Shown one piece after another: positions 28,939-37,681 of a stretch of 64,000 nucleotides of DNA (position 1 is its first letter; every line of letters starts with the position of its first letter). The position numbers and the translations under genes are program-made. Source of the stretch: an uncultured virus (IMG/VR IMGVR_UViG_3300043119_000141) (taxonomy: Duplodnaviria > Heunggongvirae > Uroviricota > Caudoviricetes). The notes under the pieces were generated by a model. It saw only the letters and a program-made list of their open reading frames with translations. It was not told where the DNA came from and made no database searches. The DNA lies in IMG/VR virus record IMGVR_UViG_3300043119_000141, one strand, 5' to 3'.

Positions 28939-29237
28939 GTGTATCAAGAAAACTTAAGCCAGGATCATCAAGAAGAACTGTTACACGTAAGGAATCTGAT
29001 TGGAGAAGTTATCAGTCCAGTTGCCGAGAGCTGCTTGATGATATTAAAAAATACGGATGTGAGGCTTTTACGTTTGTTATCTATAAGTGGTGCTTCGGAG
29101 CTGGAGACCTTACATACAGCGAAGTCCATGAGCAATGGCAATGTGAAGTCCTTTCAAGAGATGAAACGCCTGATGGAGAACGTCTCTGGTACAATGGCAA
29201 CATTGGAGCCGTCAAGTTTTTAAAACCTAAATCATGA
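28815..29237 (+). CDS. GIY-YIG endonuclease (T4 EndoII/DenA-like)
   Basis: FGFIYYIENLETGRRYIGRK...ESDWRSYQSS...YNGNI. Confidence 0.75.
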   Translation: MDNDYGHWFPLTDRPDNAFGFIYYIENLETGRRYIGRKQLVSVSRKLKPGSSRRTVTRKESDWRSYQSSCRELLDDIKKYGCEAFTFVIYKWCFGAGDLTYSEVHEQWQCEVLSRDETPDGERLWYNGNIGAVKFLKPKS

Positions 29238-29393
29238 AAAAGAATATTAAACCTGTTAAACAATTTGATGATGAACCCTCATTAAAAGCAGAGTTCAAAG
29301 ATCAATTTAAAAAGAAGAAAGAAACTCAACAACAAGCTAAAGAACGCAGACAACGTATCAGGGAACTTCAAGAAGACCGAGACTGGAATTAAT

Positions 29394-30998
29394 ATGTCAA
29401 GATGGATTCATACCGCTTGCCCTAAGTGCAGCTCATCAGATGCCTTCTCATACAAAGAAGCTGATGAATTCGGCTATTGCTTTTCATGCTGTAAGTCAGC
29501 ACCAACAGACCCCAATTTTAAACCAACAGTTTATCACAAAGAAAACTACGATATGCACACACTAGAGGAGATCAAAGAGTATGACACAAGAGGATTTCAG
29601 GAGCGAGGGATTACAAAACCGGTATCGGCTCACTACGGGGTTAAGGTTTCGTATGCTGAGGATGGTACTATCAGTAGCCATTTTTATCCATATACTAAAG
29701 ACAATAATATTGTTGCCTATAAAGAGCGTAAACTACCTAAGACATTCCTTATTCACGGTGAGTTTAAATGTGTACAGTTATTCGGTCAGAACGTTTCAAC
29801 GGGTGGTAAGCGCATTATCATCACGGAAGGTGAATTAGACGCATTAGCTGTAGCACAAGCTCAACATGATAAATATGGTAGGTTCTATCCAGTAGTAGCT
29901 TTACCATCAGCGTCTGCTACATCAATGATCCTTGAACAACGTGAATGGTTACGTAACTTCGATGAAGTCGTACTCATGTTTGATCAAGATGAACCCGGTA
30001 AGAAAGCTACTGACCAGGCGGCTAAGATCATTGGCTATGATAAGATCAAGGTAGCATCATTACCTGAGAAAGATCCTTGTGATGTTCTAATTAAGCATGG
30101 ATCAGCTACACTAATGAACTGTATCTTTGATGCACGTACATTTAGCCCTGCTGGTGTTGTTAAAGGTGAAGCTATCTGGGAACAATTCAAGCGTAAGAAA
30201 GAGACTACCTCTTTACCTTATCCTGAATGTCTTAAGACTCTTAACGATAAGATACACGGCATGCGTCTAGGTGAGATTGTATTGTTCACATCAGGCACAG
30301 GCTCAGGTAAGAGTACAGTGATTAAAGAAATTGTACTTGAAATCCTAGCTAAGACAACTGATATGATCGGTATGGTATCACTTGAGGAATCCATTGGTGA
30401 CTCAGCTGAGAAGTTTATTGGTATGCAGTTACGTAAGAACTTACTAACGCATGACGTATCAGAAGCTGAAATGTATACTGCTCACCAACAAGTGTTCGGT
30501 GATGAACGCTTAGTACTGCTTGACCACCAAGGCTCTGTTGGAGATGAGTCTCTCATTGACAAGCTTGAACACCTAGCCTTAATGGGTTGTAAGTATATTA
30601 TCCTTGACCACATCACTATTGCTGTGTCCGAGGGTGCTAAAGGTCGTACAGGTAATGAGGCAGTTGACTCAGTCATGAGTGACTTACTTAAGATCTGTAA
30701 GAAGCATAATGTCTGGTTAGGTGTTGTGTCTCACTTGCGTAAGGGTGAAAAGCCCTTTGAAGAGGGTCACTTACCATCTATCGATGACATCAAAGGCTCA
30801 GGCTCTATTAAACAAATCTCATTTGACATCATTGCTTTTGCTCGTAACATGATTGCCGAGACAGAACAGATGCGTAACACAATTAAGCTCCGTGTATTGA
30901 AGTCTCGATTCACGGGTATGACTGGTGACTGTGGTAGTACTCGATATGACTCGGATACTAGTCGCTTAATGCAAACTACTTTTGTTGACTTTGAATAA
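29394..30998 (+). CDS. Primase-helicase (T7 gp4-like)
   Basis: CPKC..SDA...CFSC zinc finger, ITEGELDA/FDQD TOPRIM, SGTGSGKST, ILDHI, VSHLRK, GSGSIKQ, LKSRF. Confidence 0.95.
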   Translation: MSRWIHTACPKCSSSDAFSYKEADEFGYCFSCCKSAPTDPNFKPTVYHKENYDMHTLEEIKEYDTRGFQERGITKPVSAHYGVKVSYAEDGTISSHFYPYTKDNNIVAYKERKLPKTFLIHGEFKCVQLFGQNVSTGGKRIIITEGELDALAVAQAQHDKYGRFYPVVALPSASATSMILEQREWLRNFDEVVLMFDQDEPGKKATDQAAKIIGYDKIKVASLPEKDPCDVLIKHGSATLMNCIFDARTFSPAGVVKGEAIWEQFKRKKETTSLPYPECLKTLNDKIHGMRLGEIVLFTSGTGSGKSTVIKEIVLEILAKTTDMIGMVSLEESIGDSAEKFIGMQLRKNLLTHDVSEAEMYTAHQQVFGDERLVLLDHQGSVGDESLIDKLEHLALMGCKYIILDHITIAVSEGAKGRTGNEAVDSVMSDLLKICKKHNVWLGVVSHLRKGEKPFEEGHLPSIDDIKGSGSIKQISFDIIAFARNMIAETEQMRNTIKLRVLKSRFTGMTGDCGSTRYDSDTSRLMQTTFVDFE

Positions 30999-33203
30999 AT
31001 GAATCCATTAAATTATCTTACTGAACGTGTATCGAAGGTTGTCCCCAACTCAGATAAGATCTACAATGAGGGTGCTCGCCTTCTAGCACACTATCCAACA
31101 TGGGAATATGAACTTGAAAGATTTATCAACGAGTCTTGGGATACATTACTACGCTATTGTATCCGAAACAAAAATGCAACGCATTCTGCGTCAGTTAAGC
31201 TCACCTTTGCTTCAGACCTTATCGGAAAAAGAATTGCAAGAGCAATTGGAGCAGATGAAACAGATATCAAATCAACTCTCAGCCTTGGAGACCTCCTTCT
31301 TGAAACTTTTCTTCAAGACGGACTGATTGATATCTTCAGAGAATATGCTGGTTACAAGGCTCCCTACATGGTACGCATTGTTAATCAAGCAGATGAGATT
31401 AAACCAACACTGATTGGTACTTCATTTGAACCTCTGTTACCTATTGCTGGTCTGTATAGTCCATTGACTAAAGAACCTTTCATTAAGGGCTGGACTAACT
31501 CTAAGTTATTCCATGAGAACCTTAACAAAACCTTTGTAAGATCCCTCGAGACTCTTCGTCAACAACCTTGGAAGCTTAATATACCTGTATTACAAGCTAT
31601 GCAAGAGCAGACTCCTAAGGAAATACTTGAGTTGATTGATGAGGATGGTGTTATAAGACAATACAATATTCACCATGAAAATTTAGAGTTACCTAAGAAA
31701 CTATTCCATACAGACGGTACTAAGTTCCTTGGTAAGAAAGACCCTAAGCTTCAGCGTATGATGAGTAAGTACTTTGAATACATGCAAGTGCTTAAAAAGG
31801 CTGAGATGATTGGTGACAAAACATTCTATCAGGAAGTCTCATGTGACTACCGTGGTCGAGTGTATTATGCAGAATCATTCTTAGAGTTCCAAGGTAGTGA
31901 CTTAGCCCGTAGCTTGTTCTTGTTTGCTAATAAAAAGAAAGTTACTGAGCGTGGATACTACTGGTTATGTGTTCATACAGCAGCTTGTTATAATAAATCA
32001 TTCACAGTAGATGAATTAAAACAACAAGGGTTTTCTACTGACTATATCTCTTATTTAAAAGAAGAAGGTCTTGATACTATCTCTCTTGATAAGATGTCTT
32101 TAGATGACCGCGTTATGTGGGTTAACCAACATTTAGGTTTTATTACATCAACAAGTTTAAATGATGTGATCGATCAATCAGCTGAAAAGCCATATAGTTT
32201 CTTAGCTTGTTGTAATGAAATTGTAGGATACCATAGAGCTAAGTCTGAGGGTAAACCTTTTATGTCTGGACTACCTATCCCTATCGATGGTAGTAATAAC
32301 GGCTGGCAACACTTAGCGGCTATGTCTAAGGACAAACAAGCTGGTACACTGGTGTCGCTTGTTCCTACACCTATCCAGAAAGACTTCTATGTAGCTGTAG
32401 CTAAAGAACTTATTGGTATTATGCCTGAGTACTTTGAAGAGAAACAGATGCCTATGAAACATATCCGTAAGGGTATTGCTAAACGAGGCTCAATGACTCG
32501 TGCATACAGTGCAGGTAAAATGCGTATTGCAAAGAACATGTACGATGATTGTCACGTAGAAGGTTTTACTGTTAAGTACAACATCACTGAAGAACAGTGT
32601 GACATACTAGCAGGTAACCTAATCAAAGCTATTAACACAGTCTGTGCAGGACCACTTAAGACAACTAAATACTTACAAAAGATTGCAGAACATGAACTTA
32701 ACTCAGGAAGAAACCAACTCACATGGACAACCCCTTCAGGGTTCCCAGTAATATACAAGGCTTATCTCCAGCATGAACGAAAACAAAGGGGAACTATTAA
32801 GGGTATTCAAGGGAATAAAGATGGTCGTGTTATGCACGTTATCAAGGTTGATGTCCTTAACAAAGAAACAGGTGAACGGGTACCGTGTAGGAGAAGCTTT
32901 GCTTCGGGTATTAGCCCTAATGTTGTTCACTCCTATGATGCTGCTCATATGGCTAATACTATTGTTAGCTTTAATGGCTCATTTGGTGCCGTACACGATT
33001 CCTTTAGCACACACGCTGATGAGGTTGATTTCCTACAAGAAGTAACTAAGATGACCTTCATTGCCCAGTATGATGTTGAAAACTTCTTTAACATTATACA
33101 GGATACCCTTATGAATCATAGGGATACATTTACTTTTAATCAACCTGAGCTAGGTAACCTAGTACTCAGTGAGGTTATGGACTCTAAGTATTTCTTCTGC
33201 TAG
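30999..33203 (+). CDS. Single-subunit DNA-dependent RNA polymerase (T7-like)
   Basis: DYRGRVY, PIDGSNNGWQH (motif A), RKGIAKRGSMTRAY (B), SPNVVHSYDAAH, AVHDSF (C). Confidence 0.95.
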   Translation: MNPLNYLTERVSKVVPNSDKIYNEGARLLAHYPTWEYELERFINESWDTLLRYCIRNKNATHSASVKLTFASDLIGKRIARAIGADETDIKSTLSLGDLLLETFLQDGLIDIFREYAGYKAPYMVRIVNQADEIKPTLIGTSFEPLLPIAGLYSPLTKEPFIKGWTNSKLFHENLNKTFVRSLETLRQQPWKLNIPVLQAMQEQTPKEILELIDEDGVIRQYNIHHENLELPKKLFHTDGTKFLGKKDPKLQRMMSKYFEYMQVLKKAEMIGDKTFYQEVSCDYRGRVYYAESFLEFQGSDLARSLFLFANKKKVTERGYYWLCVHTAACYNKSFTVDELKQQGFSTDYISYLKEEGLDTISLDKMSLDDRVMWVNQHLGFITSTSLNDVIDQSAEKPYSFLACCNEIVGYHRAKSEGKPFMSGLPIPIDGSNNGWQHLAAMSKDKQAGTLVSLVPTPIQKDFYVAVAKELIGIMPEYFEEKQMPMKHIRKGIAKRGSMTRAYSAGKMRIAKNMYDDCHVEGFTVKYNITEEQCDILAGNLIKAINTVCAGPLKTTKYLQKIAEHELNSGRNQLTWTTPSGFPVIYKAYLQHERKQRGTIKGIQGNKDGRVMHVIKVDVLNKETGERVPCRRSFASGISPNVVHSYDAAHMANTIVSFNGSFGAVHDSFSTHADEVDFLQEVTKMTFIAQYDVENFFNIIQDTLMNHRDTFTFNQPELGNLVLSEVMDSKYFFC

Positions 33204-33217
33204 TCGGTACCTAATAG
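33201..33217 (+). promoter_or_regulatory. Phage RNAP promoter (TAGTCGGTACCTAATAG, consensus)
   Basis: Overlaps the RNAP stop codon; upstream of GIY-YIG gene. Confidence 0.75.
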
Positions 33218-33236
33218 CAAACCTATAAGAAAGGCA

Positions 33237-33746
33237 ATGATGCATTACGTCTACATACATTTCAAGAAAGATACTCTTGAGCCTTTCTATATAGGAAAAG
33301 GTAAAGGTTATCGCCATAAACGTACTGACAATAGAAATATTTATTGGAACAATATTGTTAATAAACATGGTTTTGTTTCAGATATTTTAAAACAATTTGA
33401 TAACCACAAAGAAGCTTTAGAATACGAAATAGAAATGATACACTTCTTTAAAAATGAAGGATTTAAACTAGCTAATCTAACAAATGGTGGTGAGGGTATG
33501 CTTAACCCATCTGAAATTACTAGACAAAAACTCAAAGATAATAGCTATATGGCTAAACGTTTACCTAACGAAATACATACATACAAAGGATGTATTTATG
33601 CTACTAACATATTAACCAAAGAAGTTACTGTATTTAATGGCAAAAAAGAATTAATAGCTTTTGGTTTCTTACCAAACAAAGTATATGCTTGCTTAAATGG
33701 TAAAAGAAATACACATAACGGTTATACATTTAATCGATTAAATTAA
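33237..33746 (+). CDS. GIY-YIG homing endonuclease (paralogue of 24282-24908)
   Basis: HYVYIH...FYIGKGKG.R...YWNNIVNKHGF...LANLTNGGEG. Confidence 0.85.
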   Translation: MMHYVYIHFKKDTLEPFYIGKGKGYRHKRTDNRNIYWNNIVNKHGFVSDILKQFDNHKEALEYEIEMIHFFKNEGFKLANLTNGGEGMLNPSEITRQKLKDNSYMAKRLPNEIHTYKGCIYATNILTKEVTVFNGKKELIAFGFLPNKVYACLNGKRNTHNGYTFNRLN

Positions 33747-33772
33747 AACACCCCCTTACGGGGGTTTTTATT
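33745..33772 (+). terminator. Rho-independent terminator
   Basis: CCCCC-TTAC-GGGGG then TTTTTATT. Confidence 0.7.
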
Positions 33773-33795
33773 CTCAATATAACAACAAGGAAATC

Positions 33796-35673
33796 ATGAA
33801 CTCATATCAACAACTCATTGCCAAATCTCGTTATGCCCGTTACCTGCCTGAGCAGAAACGTCGAGAGAACTGGGATGAAACCTCTGCTCGCTGGGTAGAG
33901 TTCTTTCAAGAACAACTTAAAAACAAGGTCAGTAAAGACGACTCTATCTGGGGTCTTTTGGGTAACAGTATTAATAACCTAGCAGTACTCCCTTCAATGC
34001 GTTCTATTATGACTGCTGGTGAAGCTCTTAGACGTACACACGTAGCCGCATATAACTGTAGCTACCTACCTGTAGATAACCAACGTTGCTTTGATGAAGC
34101 TATGTATATTCTCTTGTGTGGTACAGGTGTAGGCTTCTCATGTGAACAAGCTTATGTTAATCAGTTGCCTGTTGTTCCAGCTAGCTTTGAAGCTGGTGGT
34201 ACTATTGTTGTAGAAGACTCTAAAGAAGGCTGGTGTGAAGCATATAAGCTTGTGATTCATAACTTGTATAGTGGTTATATTCCATCATGGAATGTATCAT
34301 TAGTACGTCCAGCAGGTGCTCCACTTAAGGTCTTTGGTGGTCGTGCATCAGGTCCTGGTCCACTGATTGATTTGTTCCAGTATACAGTAGATAAGTTTAA
34401 GATGGCTAAAGGTCGTAAGCTTAGACCTATTGAAGCACACGATATTATGTGTAAGATCGGTGAGGTAGTTGTTGTAGGCGGTGTACGTAGGTCAGCTATG
34501 ATTTCTCTTGGTGACTTAGGTGACTATGAACATGCTACAGCTAAAGCAGGTGCATGGTGGGAAATCTACGCTGAACGAGCATTAGCTAACAATTCAGCAG
34601 TGTACAACAACAAACCTTCTATTGGTGAGTTCATGAAGGAATGGTTGGATATCTATAACAGTCACTCAGGTGAACGTGGTATCTTCAATCGTGAAGCATC
34701 TCAGAAACAAGCCGCTAAGTGGGGTCGTAGAGATGCTAACGTAGACTACGGTACTAACCCTTGCTCAGAGATTATCCTGAAGCCATATCAGTTCTGTAAC
34801 TTGTCTACAGTGGTTGTGTCTCCTGAAGATACTGTTGAATCACTCAAGACTAAAGTTCGCTTGGCTACTATCATGGGTACAATGCAGTCTACACTGACTG
34901 ACTTCCCTTACCTCCGTGATGTATGGCGTACTAACACCAACCAAGAACGTCTCTTGGGTGTGTCTATGACTGGTATTCTTGACAACCACATTCTCCGTGG
35001 TAGCAGTACAGAGCATAACCTCCGTAATGTCCTTGAAGAAATGCGTGATGTATCCCGTGAGACTAACAAAGAGTGGGCTGCTATCTTGGGTGTACCTGAG
35101 TCAGCCGCTATTACTTGTGTTAAGCCTGAAGGTACTGTGTCACAACTTACACAGACATCTAGTGGTATTCATGCGGGTCATGCACCATACTACATCAGAC
35201 GTATTCGTCAGGATAAGAAAGATCCTTTGACTCAGTTCTTGATCTCTCAGGGTATCCCTAACGAAGATTGCGTTATGAAACCAGACCAGACTACTGTGTT
35301 TAGTTTCCCACAACACTCACCAGGATTTACTCGTAAAGACCTTACTGCTCTTGAACACTTGAATATCTGGTTGACATATCAGCGTTACTGGTGTGAGCAT
35401 AAGCCCTCAGTAACTATCTCAGTTAAAGATCATGAATGGATGGAAGTAGGAGCATGGGTGTTTGAACATTTCAATGAATGTACAGGTATTTCTTTCCTCC
35501 CTGATGACGGTGGAACTTATCGTCAAGCTCCATATGAGAACACTGATATTGAAACTTATAAACAACTTAAAGAATCATTACCAGCTATTAATTGGGATTT
35601 GTTTTATGAAGACCGTGACAATGTAGAAGGTGTTCAAGCACTTTCTTGTACAGCTGGAGGATGTGAGATTTGA
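33796..35673 (+). CDS. nrdJ: Class II (B12-dependent) ribonucleotide reductase
   Basis: PSMRS, YNCSY, GTGVGFS, GGVRRSAMI, TNPCSEI, VKPEGTVS, C-terminal CTAGGCEI; no nrdB in window. Confidence 0.9.
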   Translation: MNSYQQLIAKSRYARYLPEQKRRENWDETSARWVEFFQEQLKNKVSKDDSIWGLLGNSINNLAVLPSMRSIMTAGEALRRTHVAAYNCSYLPVDNQRCFDEAMYILLCGTGVGFSCEQAYVNQLPVVPASFEAGGTIVVEDSKEGWCEAYKLVIHNLYSGYIPSWNVSLVRPAGAPLKVFGGRASGPGPLIDLFQYTVDKFKMAKGRKLRPIEAHDIMCKIGEVVVVGGVRRSAMISLGDLGDYEHATAKAGAWWEIYAERALANNSAVYNNKPSIGEFMKEWLDIYNSHSGERGIFNREASQKQAAKWGRRDANVDYGTNPCSEIILKPYQFCNLSTVVVSPEDTVESLKTKVRLATIMGTMQSTLTDFPYLRDVWRTNTNQERLLGVSMTGILDNHILRGSSTEHNLRNVLEEMRDVSRETNKEWAAILGVPESAAITCVKPEGTVSQLTQTSSGIHAGHAPYYIRRIRQDKKDPLTQFLISQGIPNEDCVMKPDQTTVFSFPQHSPGFTRKDLTALEHLNIWLTYQRYWCEHKPSVTISVKDHEWMEVGAWVFEHFNECTGISFLPDDGGTYRQAPYENTDIETYKQLKESLPAINWDLFYEDRDNVEGVQALSCTAGGCEI

Positions 35674-35924
35674 AACTACTTAAATTTTCTGCAGCATGGT
35701 GCCAACCATGTAAGCAACTAGACAAGGTACTTAAAGAAGCTTTACCTGAGTATCCTGATATTGAGCTTGTTGATATGCCTATCGAGGATAACAAAGACTC
35801 AGTATCCTACTATGGTATCCGATCAGTTCCTACAATGATTATTGTAGATGATAATGATCAGGTATTACGTACATCAGTAGGTTTTGATGCTAATAAAATT
35901 AAACCTTTCCTAGCAGGTACCTAA
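35670..35924 (+). CDS. Thioredoxin
   Basis: FSAAWCQPCK active site, IRSVPT; TTG start coupled to RNR. Confidence 0.9.
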   Translation: MKLLKFSAAWCQPCKQLDKVLKEALPEYPDIELVDMPIEDNKDSVSYYGIRSVPTMIIVDDNDQVLRTSVGFDANKIKPFLAGT

Positions 35925-35927
35925 TAG
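35911..35927 (+). promoter_or_regulatory. Phage RNAP promoter (TAGCAGGTACCTAATAG) directly before tRNA
   Basis: Consensus match. Confidence 0.7.
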
Positions 35928-35930
35928 AAA

Positions 35931-36004
35931 AGCGGGGTAGCTCAGTAGAAGAGCGCTGGACTCATAATCCAGAGGTCAGAGGTGCGACTCCTTTCCCCGC
36001 AACC
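35931..36004 (+). tRNA. tRNA-Met(CAT), initiator-like
   Basis: AGCGGGG/CCCCGCA acceptor with 1:72 mismatch, GCTC D-arm, CTGGA-CTCATAA-TCCAG anticodon arm; T-loop reads TGCGA rather than TTCGA. Confidence 0.85.
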
Positions 36005-36092
36005 CTCGGTCCGACTCTACCGTTACGGAGTCACTGAACAGAATCCACCTTAGGACTGTTGTCGCTACAGTAAAAGGCGTCATTAGGGAACA

Positions 36093-36160
36093 TAGGATAT
36101 TTTAATTGGTAAAATCGAGGATGTATAAGCTTCGGAATGTGGCGTTCGAATCCCACTCCT
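36093..36160 (+). pseudogene. Degenerate tRNA-like element
   Basis: ATTTT-AATTGGT-AAAAT D-like arm, CGAGG..CTTCG arm with GTA in loop, GTGG-CGTTCGAATC-CCAC T-arm; weak acceptor stem. Confidence 0.35.
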
Positions 36161-36186
36161 TCCCTTCTTTCAATCAAAGGACACAT

Positions 36187-36519
36187 ATGGCTAAATCAAA
36201 ACACCCCAAATATTATTCAAGGAAATTCCTTAATAAGAGTAAAGGTACAGCATTAATAGAAGCATCAGTGGGTATTACTTCTTACTCAATGGACGGTACT
36301 ATATGTATATCTGACTGCTATCGTAAGGTAGAACTTGATATGCACATATATAATAAACAAACACTAAAAGAAAAGTCTGATAAAATAGATTTATTAATTA
36401 AAGAATTAAATTTATTTAGGGATTTTATTAATAATAATAGTGAATACTTTTTAAAGTTAAAAGAAGATAATAAAGATAAAGATATATTATCCGTACTGGC
36501 AGAGGAAGATGATGATTAA
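36187..36519 (+). CDS. Hypothetical protein
   Basis: AAGGA RBS before MAKSKHPK. Confidence 0.55.
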   Translation: MAKSKHPKYYSRKFLNKSKGTALIEASVGITSYSMDGTICISDCYRKVELDMHIYNKQTLKEKSDKIDLLIKELNLFRDFINNNSEYFLKLKEDNKDKDILSVLAEEDDD

Positions 36520-36867
36520 TGAACACGATATTGAGGATCTTTGTCCCAATTACTATGCTACTCCCGAAGAAATACTCCATGATGACCGTGCCTATTGGTA
36601 CGATATTGAGCTACAGGGCTTGAAACTACCTGAGGTATGGGGTAGGTATATCCTAGGTGAAAACGTTCGCTCCTACGAGTTTAATATTAGTAAAGGCTAT
36701 TATGGGTAAGGGTAGTGGACGACGTAACGAGGATACCCAAAAGGTAATAGACAACTGGGATGCTATCTTTGGTATTAAAAAGAAACCAGAGACTCTAGAA
36801 GATCATGTTTGGAATGATAAGATGAAAGAGTATCAAACAGATATTGAAAAAGAATTGATTAAAGGAA

Positions 36868-37353
36868 ATGAACATGGCAACAATGGCACCACCCCAATCT
36901 AAAAGTAATAGTTTGATTACATTACTTACACAGCTTTATGCTGATAACTTTGTAACATACTACAAGTCTCATGGCTATCACTTCAATGTTGATGGTCCTA
37001 TGTTTGCTCAAGATCATGCATTGCTTGAGGAGATCTATGACTTCTTGTGGGAACAGCATGATATGCTTGGTGAACAAATCCGTCAGATGGATAAGCCTGT
37101 ACTATGTTCTCTCAAAGAAATCCTTAGTATTACTGAAATTACTGAGTGCGATTCACCAAGAAAGCCTAGTAAAGAAATGTTTACTTGGCTCAATCAAGAC
37201 TTTGATGACTTAATTAAAGAAGCCCAAGAACTTTATGATGACGCTGATATGCAGTCTTATGGTGGCTTGGCTACTCTTATTGGTGATTATATTAAAGACC
37301 TATCCAAGCTTAACTGGAAGGTCAAAGCAACTATTGGAAAGAGCTTTAAATGA
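36868..37353 (+). CDS. dps: Dps / ferritin-like protein
   Basis: YKSHGYHFNVDGPMFAQDHALLEEIY...DMLGEQIRQM matches the Dps H..V.G..F...H...E.......D..AE pattern. Confidence 0.85.
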   Translation: MNMATMAPPQSKSNSLITLLTQLYADNFVTYYKSHGYHFNVDGPMFAQDHALLEEIYDFLWEQHDMLGEQIRQMDKPVLCSLKEILSITEITECDSPRKPSKEMFTWLNQDFDDLIKEAQELYDDADMQSYGGLATLIGDYIKDLSKLNWKVKATIGKSFK

Positions 37354-37631
37354 AAAGTTATAATGTACAAGCATTAAGAGGTCATGATTATGATGATCAT
37401 GACTTTCAAATAGATATGCGGGATGTTGGTATTAACATTCCAGATAATGTTCTTTACACTAAAGATCTTGGTCCTTATGTAATTAATGAAGTATATAAAC
37501 AAAGTGCTACTGGTTTAGTTGATGTTATCAATGATAAAACAGGTATGCCTTACACACCTTCAGAAGCAGAAATGACTGCTAAAGAAAACAAAACACAAGC
37601 ATTAGATATGTATAATCAGTTGCTTAAATAA
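37350..37631 (+). CDS. Hypothetical protein, last gene of + arm
   Basis: Overlaps dps stop. Confidence 0.55.
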   Translation: MKSYNVQALRGHDYDDHDFQIDMRDVGINIPDNVLYTKDLGPYVINEVYKQSATGLVDVINDKTGMPYTPSEAEMTAKENKTQALDMYNQLLK

Positions 37632-37680
37632 AAAAAAAATAACCCCTACTAGGATAATTCCTAATAGGGGTTTTTTATTT
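37630..37680. terminator. Bidirectional terminator between converging arms
   Basis: A-run, AACCCCTACTAGG-ATAATT-CCTAATAGGGGTT, T-run. Confidence 0.85.
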
Positions 37681-37681
37681 G

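Noticed and set aside
37655..37668. CCTAATAG in the central terminator as an eleventh promoter
   Set aside because: Lacks the CGGTA core and is explained as one arm of the terminator stem
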